From an uncultured Bacilli bacterium (GTDB taxonomy: Bacteria; Bacillota_I; Bacilli_A; RF39; UBA660), in the NCBI GenBank assembly GCA_958413985.1, contig CATYVZ010000003.1, positions 18,751-82,750 of the forward strand: a stretch of DNA of 64,000 nt. Reading direction: 5' to 3'. Shown here in pieces: positions 42,269 to 51,594 of the stretch (position 1 is the stretch's first letter; each line of letters opens with the position of its first letter). The notes under the pieces were generated by a model, which worked only from the letters and a program-made list of their open reading frames with translations, had not been told where the DNA came from and searched no databases. The position numbers and the translations under genes are program-made.

Positions 42269-43204
42269 TTATATTTTTAAATATTTTCTTACGGCACGCC
42301 AAGATCCAAACATTCCCACTAAAATACCGATTGCCATTAAAACTAATGAAACAAAATAAGTAAACGGTAACGGTACTATCAACTGGATAAATGGTGAAAC
42401 AATTTGTCCATTGTAAGAACTATATAAAGCATCATAACCGATAATAGTTATTAAAATTGGGATAATTGAACCTAGTAATCCAAGAAACAATCCTTCAAAA
42501 ATAAATGGAATTTTAATATTAGTGTTAGATGCACCAACCAAACGCATAATTTCGATTTCTCTTTTACGAGAAAATATCGTAATTTTAATCGTATTAGAAA
42601 TTAAGAATGCCGTAACAACAACTAAAGCAATTACTACGCCATAACTAATTTTTTTTACAACATCAAAAACTGATACTAACTGATCGACCATTCCCTCGCC
42701 ATACTTAACATCATTAACATTTTCGATTTGTTGAATCTGTTTTGCAACTTCATCAATCTTATTGATATCAGTTACTTTTATCTGGAAGGAATCTAACAAT
42801 GGGTTGTTCTCACGATCATTATACTTTCCTAAAAGACTGTTAAAATCGCTACTTCCTTCCATCATTTCTTCTGCTGTTGTCATTTTATCTTTGAAAACAA
42901 AAGTCTCAACATAATTGATAACATTAATTTCATCTTTTATTTCTTCGATTCTTTCTAATGTAACATCTCTATCCAAAAAAGCGACGATCGTCATATCTTT
43001 TTCGACATTTTTAGCAAAATTATTAACATTAAATGATAAAATTATAGCAATCGATACAACTAATAAAGTAATAATAATGCAAGCAATCGAAGCTAAAGAA
43101 AGAGAAAAATTACGAAATACACTTTTAAAAGCATCACGGATATTGCGCCCTAAAACCCTAAATGTTTTCATGTACGTATTCTCCTTCCTTATAGTCTTTA
43201 ACAA
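42269..43204 (-). CDS. ftsX: Cell-division ABC transporter permease FtsX
   Basis: FtsX/MacB-type 4-TM permease downstream of ftsE. The true start is probably the internal MKTFRVLGRN. Confidence 0.8.
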   Translation of the reverse strand: MLKTIRKENTYMKTFRVLGRNIRDAFKSVFRNFSLSLASIACIIITLLVVSIAIILSFNVNNFAKNVEKDMTIVAFLDRDVTLERIEEIKDEINVINYVETFVFKDKMTTAEEMMEGSSDFNSLLGKYNDRENNPLLDSFQIKVTDINKIDEVAKQIQQIENVNDVKYGEGMVDQLVSVFDVVKKISYGVVIALVVVTAFLISNTIKITIFSRKREIEIMRLVGASNTNIKIPFIFEGLFLGLLGSIIPILITIIGYDALYSSYNGQIVSPFIQLIVPLPFTYFVSLVLMAIGILVGMFGSWRAVRKYLKI

Positions 43205-43853
43205 TTCTACCAGAGTCTAACAATATGACTCTTTTCTTTAATTTGTTTACAATTTCTGTATCGTGTGTCACCATGATAATAGTAGTACCTAACTTGTTGA
43301 TTTCTTCAAGGACTTTCATTATTTCCATACTTGTTCGTTCATCTAAATTACCAGTCGGTTCATCACAAATTAACAACTTAGGGCCATTTACTATCGCTCT
43401 AGCTATTGCTACTCTTTGTTGTTCTCCTCCTGATAATTGATTAGGATAGTTTTTAGCTTTATGTTTTAATCCGACCAATTCTAAAGATTTTAAAACTTTT
43501 TCATGAATTTCTGAATTAGGTAAACCAAAGATTTCTAAGGCAAAAGCAACATTTTCATAAACAGTCGATTTAGGTAATAATTTAAAATCTTGAAATACTA
43601 CACCGATTTTTCTTCTGATTTTATATACGTTTCTATTTCTTAATTTACTAACGTTAATCCCACCTATATTGATGGTACCACTTGTTGGTTTTTCCTCGCG
43701 GTATAGCATTTTTATCAAAGTTGATTTCCCACAGCCAGTTGCCCCGATGACGAAGACAAATTCACCTTTTTCGATCGTCAGATTTAAATCATATATTGCC
43801 GTAACGCCGGTCTTGTACGTTTTTTCAACGTTGATCATTTTAATTAAATTCAT
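43158..43853 (-). CDS. ftsE: Cell-division ABC ATPase FtsE
   Basis: Walker A GATGCGKST, signature LSGGEQQRV, Walker B LLICDEPTGNLD. Confidence 0.9.
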   Translation of the reverse strand: MNLIKMINVEKTYKTGVTAIYDLNLTIEKGEFVFVIGATGCGKSTLIKMLYREEKPTSGTINIGGINVSKLRNRNVYKIRRKIGVVFQDFKLLPKSTVYENVAFALEIFGLPNSEIHEKVLKSLELVGLKHKAKNYPNQLSGGEQQRVAIARAIVNGPKLLICDEPTGNLDERTSMEIMKVLEEINKLGTTIIMVTHDTEIVNKLKKRVILLDSGRIVKDYKEGEYVHENI

Positions 43854-43865
43854 TTATCATTCTCC

Positions 43866-44729
43866 TTACTTATTTCCTATAACTTCATAAACATCGGATA
43901 CCATGATTAAAGCTTTAGGATCGATACTTAAAATTCCTTGTTTAACAGCAAAATATTCTCTAGTTGGAATTACACACATAATTAATTTAGTTATATTTCC
44001 TGTATATCCGCCACGACCATCTAAAATTGTCACACCATGGCTTAACTTGCTCAACAAAAAACGTTTGACATCTGTTTCATTTTCTGTAATAACTTGAAAT
44101 GTTTTAGACTGAGAAATACCAATCATAACTTTATCAATAACAATACTCATTAAATAAACTACTATTACAGAATAAATGACAGTCGATAAACCAAAGACTA
44201 AGAAACCAAAAGATATGATAATGGTATTAGTAATAATATTACAAGTACCCATCGGTCTTTTAAATAACTTATTAAAAATTAAACTTATTACATCAGAACC
44301 TCCAGTCGAATAGCCAACTTTGTAAGAAAGTCCTGAGCCAAAGCCACTTAATAAACCACCACAGAAAACTAAGACTATTTTTTCAATATTACTAACATCA
44401 ATATAAACTGTAAGATAAGAGGTTGCTTCGACCAATAAAGGATACAAAACAGAAGCGACAATCGCTTTTTTAGTTGATTCAATTCCTAGAATAATAAAAC
44501 TAAAAATCAAAATTATAATATAACTAATCAACAAAAACAATGATGGTCTTATTCCAAATAGATTATTAAAAATAGTCGATAAACCACTAAAACCAACAGC
44601 AATATTATTGGGAAACAAGAATAAATTAAACGATAAAGCCGAAAGCGTACAACCGATTAATAAAACTGTAAAATCGACCAAGCCACTTCTTTTTTTTGTG
44701 ACAGCTGGTTTTTTCTTTTTAAACAACAT
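43866..44729 (-). CDS. YitT-family membrane protein (DUF161 + C-terminal DUF2179)
   Basis: Polytopic N-terminal region with a soluble C-terminal ILDGRGGYTG domain. Confidence 0.6.
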   Translation of the reverse strand: MLFKKKKPAVTKKRSGLVDFTVLLIGCTLSALSFNLFLFPNNIAVGFSGLSTIFNNLFGIRPSLFLLISYIIILIFSFIILGIESTKKAIVASVLYPLLVEATSYLTVYIDVSNIEKIVLVFCGGLLSGFGSGLSYKVGYSTGGSDVISLIFNKLFKRPMGTCNIITNTIIISFGFLVFGLSTVIYSVIVVYLMSIVIDKVMIGISQSKTFQVITENETDVKRFLLSKLSHGVTILDGRGGYTGNITKLIMCVIPTREYFAVKQGILSIDPKALIMVSDVYEVIGNK

Positions 44730-44730
44730 A

Positions 44731-45819
44731 TTACCTAATTCCTTTCAATCCACTATTGATAAACAAGTCAATATCTCCATCTAAAACTTTATCGACATTA
44801 CTAGTTTCAACATTAGTTCGTAAATCTTTAACTAAAGAATAAGGATGCATGACATAATTTCTAATTTGAGAACCAAAATTAATATCCGTTTGCTCGCCTT
44901 TTAACGCTTTGATTTCCTTTTCTTTTTTTTCTATTTCTAATTGATATAATTTATTTTTTAAAATTTCCAATGCTTTTTCTTTATTTTGAATTTGACTGCG
45001 TTCATTTTGACATGTAACTACAATTTTAGTCGGTATATGAGTAATTCTGACCGCAGAATCAGTAGTGTTTACGCTTTGACCACCAGCGCCTGTACTTCGA
45101 TAAACATCGATTCTAATATCGTTAGGCTTTATTTCGATATCTATATCAGCATCGTCGATATAAGGCATAATGTCAACTGAGGCAAATGATGTATGGCGTC
45201 TTGCATTAGAATCAAAAGGTGAAATTCGAACCAAGCGATGAACTCCTTTTTCATTTTTTAAATAACCATATGCATTAATGCCATGGATCATCACGACAAC
45301 ACTTTTAATGCCAGCTTCCTCACCCTTCTGTTCATCGATTATTTCATAACTATAACCTTTTTTTTCGCACCAGCGAGTATACATTCGATATAACATATTA
45401 GCCCAATCACAGCTTTCTGTACCACCAGCACCAGGATGAATCTCCAATACGGCATCAAAACGATCATATGGTCCATTTAGTAAAGTAAAAATCTCTAGAT
45501 CATTTAATTCTGCTTTAATAGGATCAATATCATTGATTATTAGTTCGTTCATTTCCGCATCGTCAAACTCAAGCATTTCTAAATTAGAGTTTATTTTATT
45601 TGTTAAATTATCGATTCTTTCAATTATTTTATTTAAAGAGTTTAATCTTTCAATAATCGTAGTGGCATGATCAGGATCATTCCAAAAGTCAACACTATTA
45701 GTTTCTTGTTTTAGTTGTTCTACCACTAACTTTTTATTATCTAATTCAAAGTAACCTCCCTAATTCAGAAACTTTATCATGATAAGAATTATAAATACTT
45801 GTTAGTTCACTATGCTCCA
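44731..45819 (-). CDS. prfB: Peptide chain release factor 2, expressed via programmed +1 ribosomal frameshift
   Basis: Frame 0: ATG at 45817-45819 gives MEHSELTSIYNSYHDKVSELGRLL, then an in-frame TGA. The +1 frame continues ELDNKKLVVEQLKQ...SGAGGQSVNTTD. The shift site is AGGGAGG-TTA-CTT-TGA-A, matching E. coli AGGGGG-UAU-CUU-UGA-C. Confidence 0.9.
45745..45760 (-). promoter_or_regulatory. prfB: prfB programmed +1 frameshift cassette (internal SD-like AGGGAGG + CTT TGA)
   Basis: On the - strand: AGGGAGG (45754-45760), a 3-nt spacer, then CTT TGA (45745-45750). Confidence 0.85.
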
Positions 45820-45923
45820 TCTTTATCACCTATAATAATTTTATCATTTTTTTCTATAATTGTAAAATCTTTTTATTCTTAATAACACAATTTAAAAAAA
45901 GTGTCCTTTTAATAGGAAACACT

Positions 45924-46202
45924 TTAAACTTTTTTCTTGATGATGAAATATTTACATTCATAAGCACAGATTTCTTTGATGTATTCATCAATTTTGCTAT
46001 AATCATTTATGCTGTTAAATAACTTGTTGTTTTTATTGCAAAAACCTTTTAATCTTAGCTTATTATATGCCCAATCACCTAAGATATAATCATAATTTTT
46101 AAAATAATCAGTGTATTTGTTGTTTAATTGCTCTAAATCAAAACCATTTTTATATTCTTTTTCTAAAATATATTCAGTATCATCTAAAATAATTTTTTTC
46201 AT
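45924..46202 (-). CDS. YutD-like (DUF1027) small protein
   Basis: DYILGDWAYNKLRLKGF block. The likely start is MKKIILDD. The longer ORF-track start overlaps the upstream gene. Confidence 0.4.
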   Translation of the reverse strand: MKKIILDDTEYILEKEYKNGFDLEQLNNKYTDYFKNYDYILGDWAYNKLRLKGFCNKNNKLFNSINDYSKIDEYIKEICAYECKYFIIKKKV

Positions 46203-46203
46203 T

Positions 46204-47907
46204 TTAGTAGTCCTTTCCAAAAGCACTAGATATTTCATTATATTTAGATAAACTAGAGCCACCATTCCAAGTCATGAAACCACCGGTTAATCCTGCATCA
46301 TATAATCCACTAATTTCTTTACTTACCATATCAGGACCATAATGTGTAGCTGGACTTTTACTAGTATCATAAGCTTGAATCCAAGTACGAACGATAGCTG
46401 GTGTTGGGATTTCTGATTGTCTTTTCATGACAAATTCATTTCCCCATAAATATAACAAATCATAAGGAATAGTCCAAACAGGTGTCTTAAATCCATATTC
46501 AGTTGCTGTAAAATGATCTGGATAAGGCATACCACTTATAACATCAGCGATATTACTGATAGCGGCCCAATATTGTCCATAAGCCGTTACATAAGTATGC
46601 GCTGATTCACCAAAAACATCGATCGATACATAAGCGCCATGTTTATGGATTTCATCACATGCATACATGACAAATCTTTGGATAGCCTGTGCTTTTTCTT
46701 CGTCATAGGTATTATTATAACTAATTCGACCGGAAGTTTCTAAAGATCCAACCCGATCAGGAAATCTAACATAATCAAATTGGATTTCATTAAAACCGAT
46801 TTCTTCAACTGATTCGATCGCTAATGCGACATTAAATTCCCAAACATGACGTTTATAAGCACTTGGCCAATAAGAGCCATCATGATTATATGATTTACCT
46901 GTCTGGGTATCGATGATAGTGTTTTCCGGATGATCTTGAGAGTAATAACTATCTTTAAAAACAGTTATTCTACCGATAGCATATAATCCAGCATCCTTTA
47001 TTTTTTGGATAGCTTCTTTATATTCATCATAACTATTTACAGCATATTTATAATTAGTTGGTGAATATTGTTCCATAGCTTTAGCTGGATATGCTGGACT
47101 AGTATCATCTTTAATATCTACAACTATCGCATTGATTCCAGAGCTCTTAGCTAATTTAATATATTCATCGACATTATAAACAACTGACGAATTCATATAT
47201 AAAGCTCTTACTTCATCAGGCATAACATTGTTTTCAAACTTTGGTTTTTCATATGGATAATAATCTAAATTAGCCGCATCACCACCACCCCATGAATCAC
47301 CTCGATTGACATGAATTTGATAACTTCCATCAACGTCATAATTAGCCAAGGCTAAATCTTCAGTACTAACAAGATATTTACCATAAACATATCCTTCCTG
47401 ATTGCCATATTTTACTTTATACATATTAACAGAACCATCATTTTCTAAATAATTATAACCTGTTATCTGTAATTTACTTCCCTTATTTATCATGCCAAGA
47501 ATTTTTATGTCATCAGAATTTTCATATAATGTTAAGGCAGTTCTAACAAACATTTCTTCTTCTTTAACAGCTTTGTTTTCTTCACTGACTAAGTTTTCTT
47601 TTAAAACATAATAATCATTTTTTTCATAATTTATTTTGTAATAATCTAAGTCATTGTTTTTAATATTATCTTTCAAAATTGTTACCTTTGTGCCACGAGT
47701 TAACTGATCCACTTCGTTATAGTTCATATCATATAAAGGGATCGACAGTTCAGTAGAAGCAGTATACATCACATCCTTACTGACTATATTTTGTACACCT
47801 TTAAAAAGACCTTTTAACAAGAAAAAACAAAGGGTTGCAACCAACAAAACTGCGATAATAAAAACGATAATTTTTCCATAATGAATCTTTACTTTTTTCT
47901 TTTTCAT
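46204..47907 (-). CDS. Secreted/membrane-anchored putative glycoside-hydrolase-like TIM-barrel protein (GHL10/DUF4015-like) with N-terminal SH3-like repeats
   Basis: N-terminal TM anchor. C-terminal region with AIVVDIKDD...ITVFKD...EIQFDYVRFPD blocks. Assignment by resemblance only. Confidence 0.4.
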   Translation of the reverse strand: MKKKKVKIHYGKIIVFIIAVLLVATLCFFLLKGLFKGVQNIVSKDVMYTASTELSIPLYDMNYNEVDQLTRGTKVTILKDNIKNNDLDYYKINYEKNDYYVLKENLVSEENKAVKEEEMFVRTALTLYENSDDIKILGMINKGSKLQITGYNYLENDGSVNMYKVKYGNQEGYVYGKYLVSTEDLALANYDVDGSYQIHVNRGDSWGGGDAANLDYYPYEKPKFENNVMPDEVRALYMNSSVVYNVDEYIKLAKSSGINAIVVDIKDDTSPAYPAKAMEQYSPTNYKYAVNSYDEYKEAIQKIKDAGLYAIGRITVFKDSYYSQDHPENTIIDTQTGKSYNHDGSYWPSAYKRHVWEFNVALAIESVEEIGFNEIQFDYVRFPDRVGSLETSGRISYNNTYDEEKAQAIQRFVMYACDEIHKHGAYVSIDVFGESAHTYVTAYGQYWAAISNIADVISGMPYPDHFTATEYGFKTPVWTIPYDLLYLWGNEFVMKRQSEIPTPAIVRTWIQAYDTSKSPATHYGPDMVSKEISGLYDAGLTGGFMTWNGGSSLSKYNEISSAFGKDY

Positions 47908-47966
47908 TCTACTTCACCTATTAAGTAGTATAGCACATATCATATTTTTATACAATCTAAAATGAC

Positions 47967-48719
47967 TTAATTTATAGGTAAAGCGATCGATGGTGAATTT
48001 TGATTTAAACCATTCAAATAATAACTTGGAACATTCCCTTGAATAAGCTTTAAAGCCACGGGAACTGTGGTGTTTATACTAGTTTTATCAGTGATGAACG
48101 GTAATATTATTTGAAAAGATAAGTCTAAAACTACATTGACCTCAATTAATGCATTGTTGATACCATAATCGGTTACCGTTGTATTTACATAACTGACAAT
48201 ATCGCCAACCAAACTAAAACGAACGGGAACTTTAGGACCAACATTTGCTAAAAAAGAATTACCAAATATAACTCCACTTGGTATTTCATAAATAATACCT
48301 TGCTTTAATTTGCTTTGATTATAATCCATTAAAGCATTAGTGGTCAAATTTAGTAATTCTATTTTTCCTTGCTCCAAATATTTTAAGTTACTTTGAATTA
48401 AAGCTGTTGTTTCAGTCAATATTTTGTTAACTGTTATCGGATTAAAATCGATTGATTTTATTTCATCTTCTTCTTTTGTAATGATAAACAATTCCTCGAT
48501 ATCGATATTTTCGGTTATATTTTTATTAATAGCATCGTTTATAACAATACTGACCAATTTTCGTGATTCCATCTCAGCATATTCTAATAAAACAGGATTA
48601 GCTTTTAAACTGATAAATTTTAAGGATAAAAATATAAGGATAACAAAGATAAATATAATCAAAATTAATTTATTTATCTTTCTTTGCTTTTTTTTTAATT
48701 TTATTCGTCTTCGCATCAT
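47967..48719 (-). CDS. Sporulation protein YunB-like
   Basis: 250 aa. Basic N-terminus and a single TM segment, the size and topology of YunB. Confidence 0.45.
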   Translation of the reverse strand: MMRRRIKLKKKQRKINKLILIIFIFVILIFLSLKFISLKANPVLLEYAEMESRKLVSIVINDAINKNITENIDIEELFIITKEEDEIKSIDFNPITVNKILTETTALIQSNLKYLEQGKIELLNLTTNALMDYNQSKLKQGIIYEIPSGVIFGNSFLANVGPKVPVRFSLVGDIVSYVNTTVTDYGINNALIEVNVVLDLSFQIILPFITDKTSINTTVPVALKLIQGNVPSYYLNGLNQNSPSIALPIN

Positions 48720-48769
48720 ACCACCAATATATTTTATGTATAAATCTATTTATTTAAAACATAATAAGA

Positions 48770-49222
48770 GTGGTGAATAACATGATCGAAAAAATTATGA
48801 GTAAAAATTTAATAGTTTTAGATGTGGATAATAGCATTTATGATGTTGCTAAGACTATGAAAGAAAAAGATATAGGTTTTATTCCTATAAGTCAAGGTAA
48901 TAAAATTATTGGTGTATTAACTGATCGTGATATTGTAACTAGAATTTTAGCAAATAAAGATGACAAAATAGCTGGTTATTTATCCATAGATCCTATTAAA
49001 ATTTCTTATGATGCATCCATTGAAGAAGCTTTGGAAAAAATGAAGGAACATAAGATTAAAAGATTGTTAGTAGAAAAGAATAAAAAACTAATTGGTATTT
49101 TATCGTTATCTGATTTAATTAATCAAGATAATAAAAATTTGCTTGAAACTATACAAAATATATATGAAATCAATCGAAATACTGATTATTATAATACTAA
49201 AATAGATGAATTTGAATTATAA
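48770..49222 (+). CDS. CBS-domain pair protein
   Basis: Two CBS repeats (GFIPISQGNKIIGVLTDRDIV; RLLVEKNKKLIGILSLSDLI). Confidence 0.65.
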   Translation: MVNNMIEKIMSKNLIVLDVDNSIYDVAKTMKEKDIGFIPISQGNKIIGVLTDRDIVTRILANKDDKIAGYLSIDPIKISYDASIEEALEKMKEHKIKRLLVEKNKKLIGILSLSDLINQDNKNLLETIQNIYEINRNTDYYNTKIDEFEL

Positions 49223-49278
49223 AAACTGCAAATAAACTTTAGTTAAGACAAATAGTTAAATACTTATTTGTTTTTTTA

Positions 49279-50754
49279 TTATCCTATTCTAAAAGCTGGA
49301 GCTACGCCTAAAGTATTAGCAAGACCATAATAGCCCGCTTTACCATAAAGATCGACATAGTAAAAATAGCGATAATCGCCAACGTAAGGCGTACGTAACC
49401 ACCAATCTGATCTACTTCCTTGAAATTTCTTTTGTGATTCACCATTATTACTAGCTGAAGTTGTGTTGTTATTATTATAGTAATCTAATTGTCTTGTTAA
49501 TGCTTCGGCTGTATCAATTAACCAATTAGTTGGTTCCGGAATATAGGCTGATATAGATATTCCAAATAATTCTGTGGGAGATAATAAATATAATTTATCT
49601 GTTGAGGTAAAATTGGAACTATCACCTGGGCCATAACCTGATACTGTATAAGTATCTATTATAACACTTCTTAAATCACTTGGTAAAGCATTATATATAT
49701 CTTCATTCACAAAACTATATATCTCACTTCCTGGCCAACCTCTTCCAGTAGTATCAGTTGAATCCACGTTATGTTCAGTTATAATATCAACAAATTCTAC
49801 TACAAAACCACACGCTGTTTGTGAAAATCCTTCACTATTACATTCTTCTGGAGTTGACATATTCACTATTCTTACTGTAAAAGTCTGTTCACTTCCATTA
49901 GTATATCCTTCTACTGTTACCTCTTTAGTATCTCCTACATTATATACACTTGTATTACCATCTTTAATCGCTTGAGCAATTATCTCCCATGAATCTTTAG
50001 CAAACGATACTGGTTTTAGTTCAGCATATGTTATTAATATGTTATCAGTTACATTTGAAAGATATAAACTATATTGGTCAAATGTATAACTATCTTGATC
50101 AAGGATCAAATCACCAACTTTAACTTCAACATTAGGAATTAATTCTATAAAGTTTATAGTTAAATCCCCGCCACTTATAACTTGTTTAGGATAACCAGGG
50201 TCTGTTGGAAAATCTGCATAAGTGACTGTATAAAATGATCGAAAATCAAAATCTAAATTTAAGGCATAAGTCGTATTGCTGGCATTATAGCCACCATCTT
50301 TATATTTTATCGTTATATAAAATTCTTTTTTTATTCCTAAACTACATTGATTGTTATTGCATAGTTTATCTTGTAAAGTGTAACCACTAAGCTCATATTC
50401 GAGGTTACTTGGTAAATTATTTATAGCAAAAATTCCCATTTCGACATTGCCAAAATTTGTTACATCTACTTTATAGGTAATTGTAGAGTCACTATTAGGC
50501 AAGTTAACTCCCATCGAAATATTAGAAACATTATATTCTTCATATGAAGATATCGCAGCATTAGTATAAGAATCAACCGAGATACCTGTGACTCTTATAT
50601 AAGCTTCTATTCTTACATCAACTGCAATTCCACCAATATTTAAAGTTGTACCAAAAGCAGAATAAGCAATACTAAGTAAAACAACAAAAATAGCGACTAT
50701 GATTGGTATAGTTTGAATATTAAACAGTCTTTGGTATAAAATGCCCCCCCCCAT
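49279..50754 (-). CDS. Secreted/surface protein with poly-G tract at the 5' end and a C-terminal WWLRxPY...GVAPAFRI module
   Basis: ORF MGGGILYQRLFNIQTIPIIVAIFVVLLSIAYSAF is a signal anchor. Removing one G from the G9 tract fuses an upstream ATG, giving MLKKRSKLANSTHGGGILYQ... Confidence 0.55.
   Translation of the reverse strand: MGGGILYQRLFNIQTIPIIVAIFVVLLSIAYSAFGTTLNIGGIAVDVRIEAYIRVTGISVDSYTNAAISSYEEYNVSNISMGVNLPNSDSTITYKVDVTNFGNVEMGIFAINNLPSNLEYELSGYTLQDKLCNNNQCSLGIKKEFYITIKYKDGGYNASNTTYALNLDFDFRSFYTVTYADFPTDPGYPKQVISGGDLTINFIELIPNVEVKVGDLILDQDSYTFDQYSLYLSNVTDNILITYAELKPVSFAKDSWEIIAQAIKDGNTSVYNVGDTKEVTVEGYTNGSEQTFTVRIVNMSTPEECNSEGFSQTACGFVVEFVDIITEHNVDSTDTTGRGWPGSEIYSFVNEDIYNALPSDLRSVIIDTYTVSGYGPGDSSNFTSTDKLYLLSPTELFGISISAYIPEPTNWLIDTAEALTRQLDYYNNNNTTSASNNGESQKKFQGSRSDWWLRTPYVGDYRYFYYVDLYGKAGYYGLANTLGVAPAFRIG
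50744..50752. repeat. Homopolymeric C9 (G9 on the coding strand) tract at the start codon of the surface-protein gene
   Basis: Plus strand atgCCCCCCCCCatg. The longest G/C homopolymer seen in a ~25% GC window. Confidence 0.9.
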
Positions 50755-50869
50755 GTGTGCTATTTGCTAACTTACTTCTTTTTTTTAACATCTAACTACG
50801 CCTACTTTCTATATTTTTATTATATATTATTTATCTATCAAAAGCAATATTTTATTTATAAATAAAAAA

Positions 50870-51415
50870 CTACAAATAAATTGTAGTTTTTGAAATTGGT
50901 TCTTCATCGTCGCAATATCCTTGCATTAAAACAACTTCATTATTAGCTAAACTTTGTTTCACATCGATAACTCTTTGATTTCTAGAACCTTTAAATTTTA
51001 AATCTAAACTTCTTTGTTGTAAAATAAATCTACCATCGACTAAAACGTCGATATAACTTAAAAATTCTAAAACCAAATTATCATTTAACTTTAATAGTTG
51101 TTCAAAAGTGTATCCTGTATAACACCAAACATTTAAGTTTTGTTCCTTGCAGTACTTGGCTATTTCTAAACAGGGCTCAACTTGAAAAAATGGATCGCCA
51201 CCGGAAAAAGTTATTCCATCTTGGCCTTGTAAATCAGATATTGTCTTTTTTACACTTTCAACATCTTCTAAAAAGCCACCTTGGAAGTCCCACGTTCCTT
51301 GATTATGACAGCCGATGCAATGGTGAGAACAACCTTGCGTCCAAATGACTGTTCTAATTCCCTCACCATCGACAATACTGTCAAATTGAAGGGGCGCAGC
51401 CAATCTTATTTGCAT
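50870..51415 (-). CDS. nrdG: Anaerobic ribonucleoside-triphosphate reductase activating protein (radical SAM)
   Basis: CSHHCIGCHN cluster-binding CxxxCxxC motif. 181 aa. Its start overlaps the stop of the upstream micro-ORF (TAATG). Confidence 0.85.
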   Translation of the reverse strand: MQIRLAAPLQFDSIVDGEGIRTVIWTQGCSHHCIGCHNQGTWDFQGGFLEDVESVKKTISDLQGQDGITFSGGDPFFQVEPCLEIAKYCKEQNLNVWCYTGYTFEQLLKLNDNLVLEFLSYIDVLVDGRFILQQRSLDLKFKGSRNQRVIDVKQSLANNEVVLMQGYCDDEEPISKTTIYL

Positions 51416-51579
51416 TATGCAGCACTTTCTAAATCTTTCGTGCTATGTTTAACACGATCATGTTCTTCAGCTTTTTTGGCATTGTTGAAACGATCAACAG
51501 TTCCTGCTAAATAACCAGTAATACGACGAATTCTTTCAAATTTAACACCTTCGCCAACTTTTTTTTCTTCGTATTTCAT
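51415..51579 (-). CDS. Glycyl-radical segment of class III RNR encoded as a separate 54-aa ORF (MKYEEKKVGEGVKFERIRRITGYLAGTVDRFNNAKKAEEHDRVKHSTKDLESAA)
   Basis: RIRRITGYLAG...RFNNAKKAEEHDRVKH aligns with the E. coli NrdD C-terminus RRVCGYLGSPDARPFNAGKQEEVKRRVKH. It has its own GAAGGG RBS 7 nt upstream. It is in the same frame as nrdD but separated from it by TAG. Confidence 0.7.
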   Translation of the reverse strand: MKYEEKKVGEGVKFERIRRITGYLAGTVDRFNNAKKAEEHDRVKHSTKDLESAA

Positions 51580-51594
51580 TATTTTCCCTTCTTT

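Noticed and set aside
51580-51594. Considered that the nrdD/micro-ORF break could be a +1 or -1 frameshift rather than a stop
   Set aside because: The micro-ORF ATG (51577-51579) is in the same frame as nrdD. The interruption is a single in-frame TAG, not a frame change.
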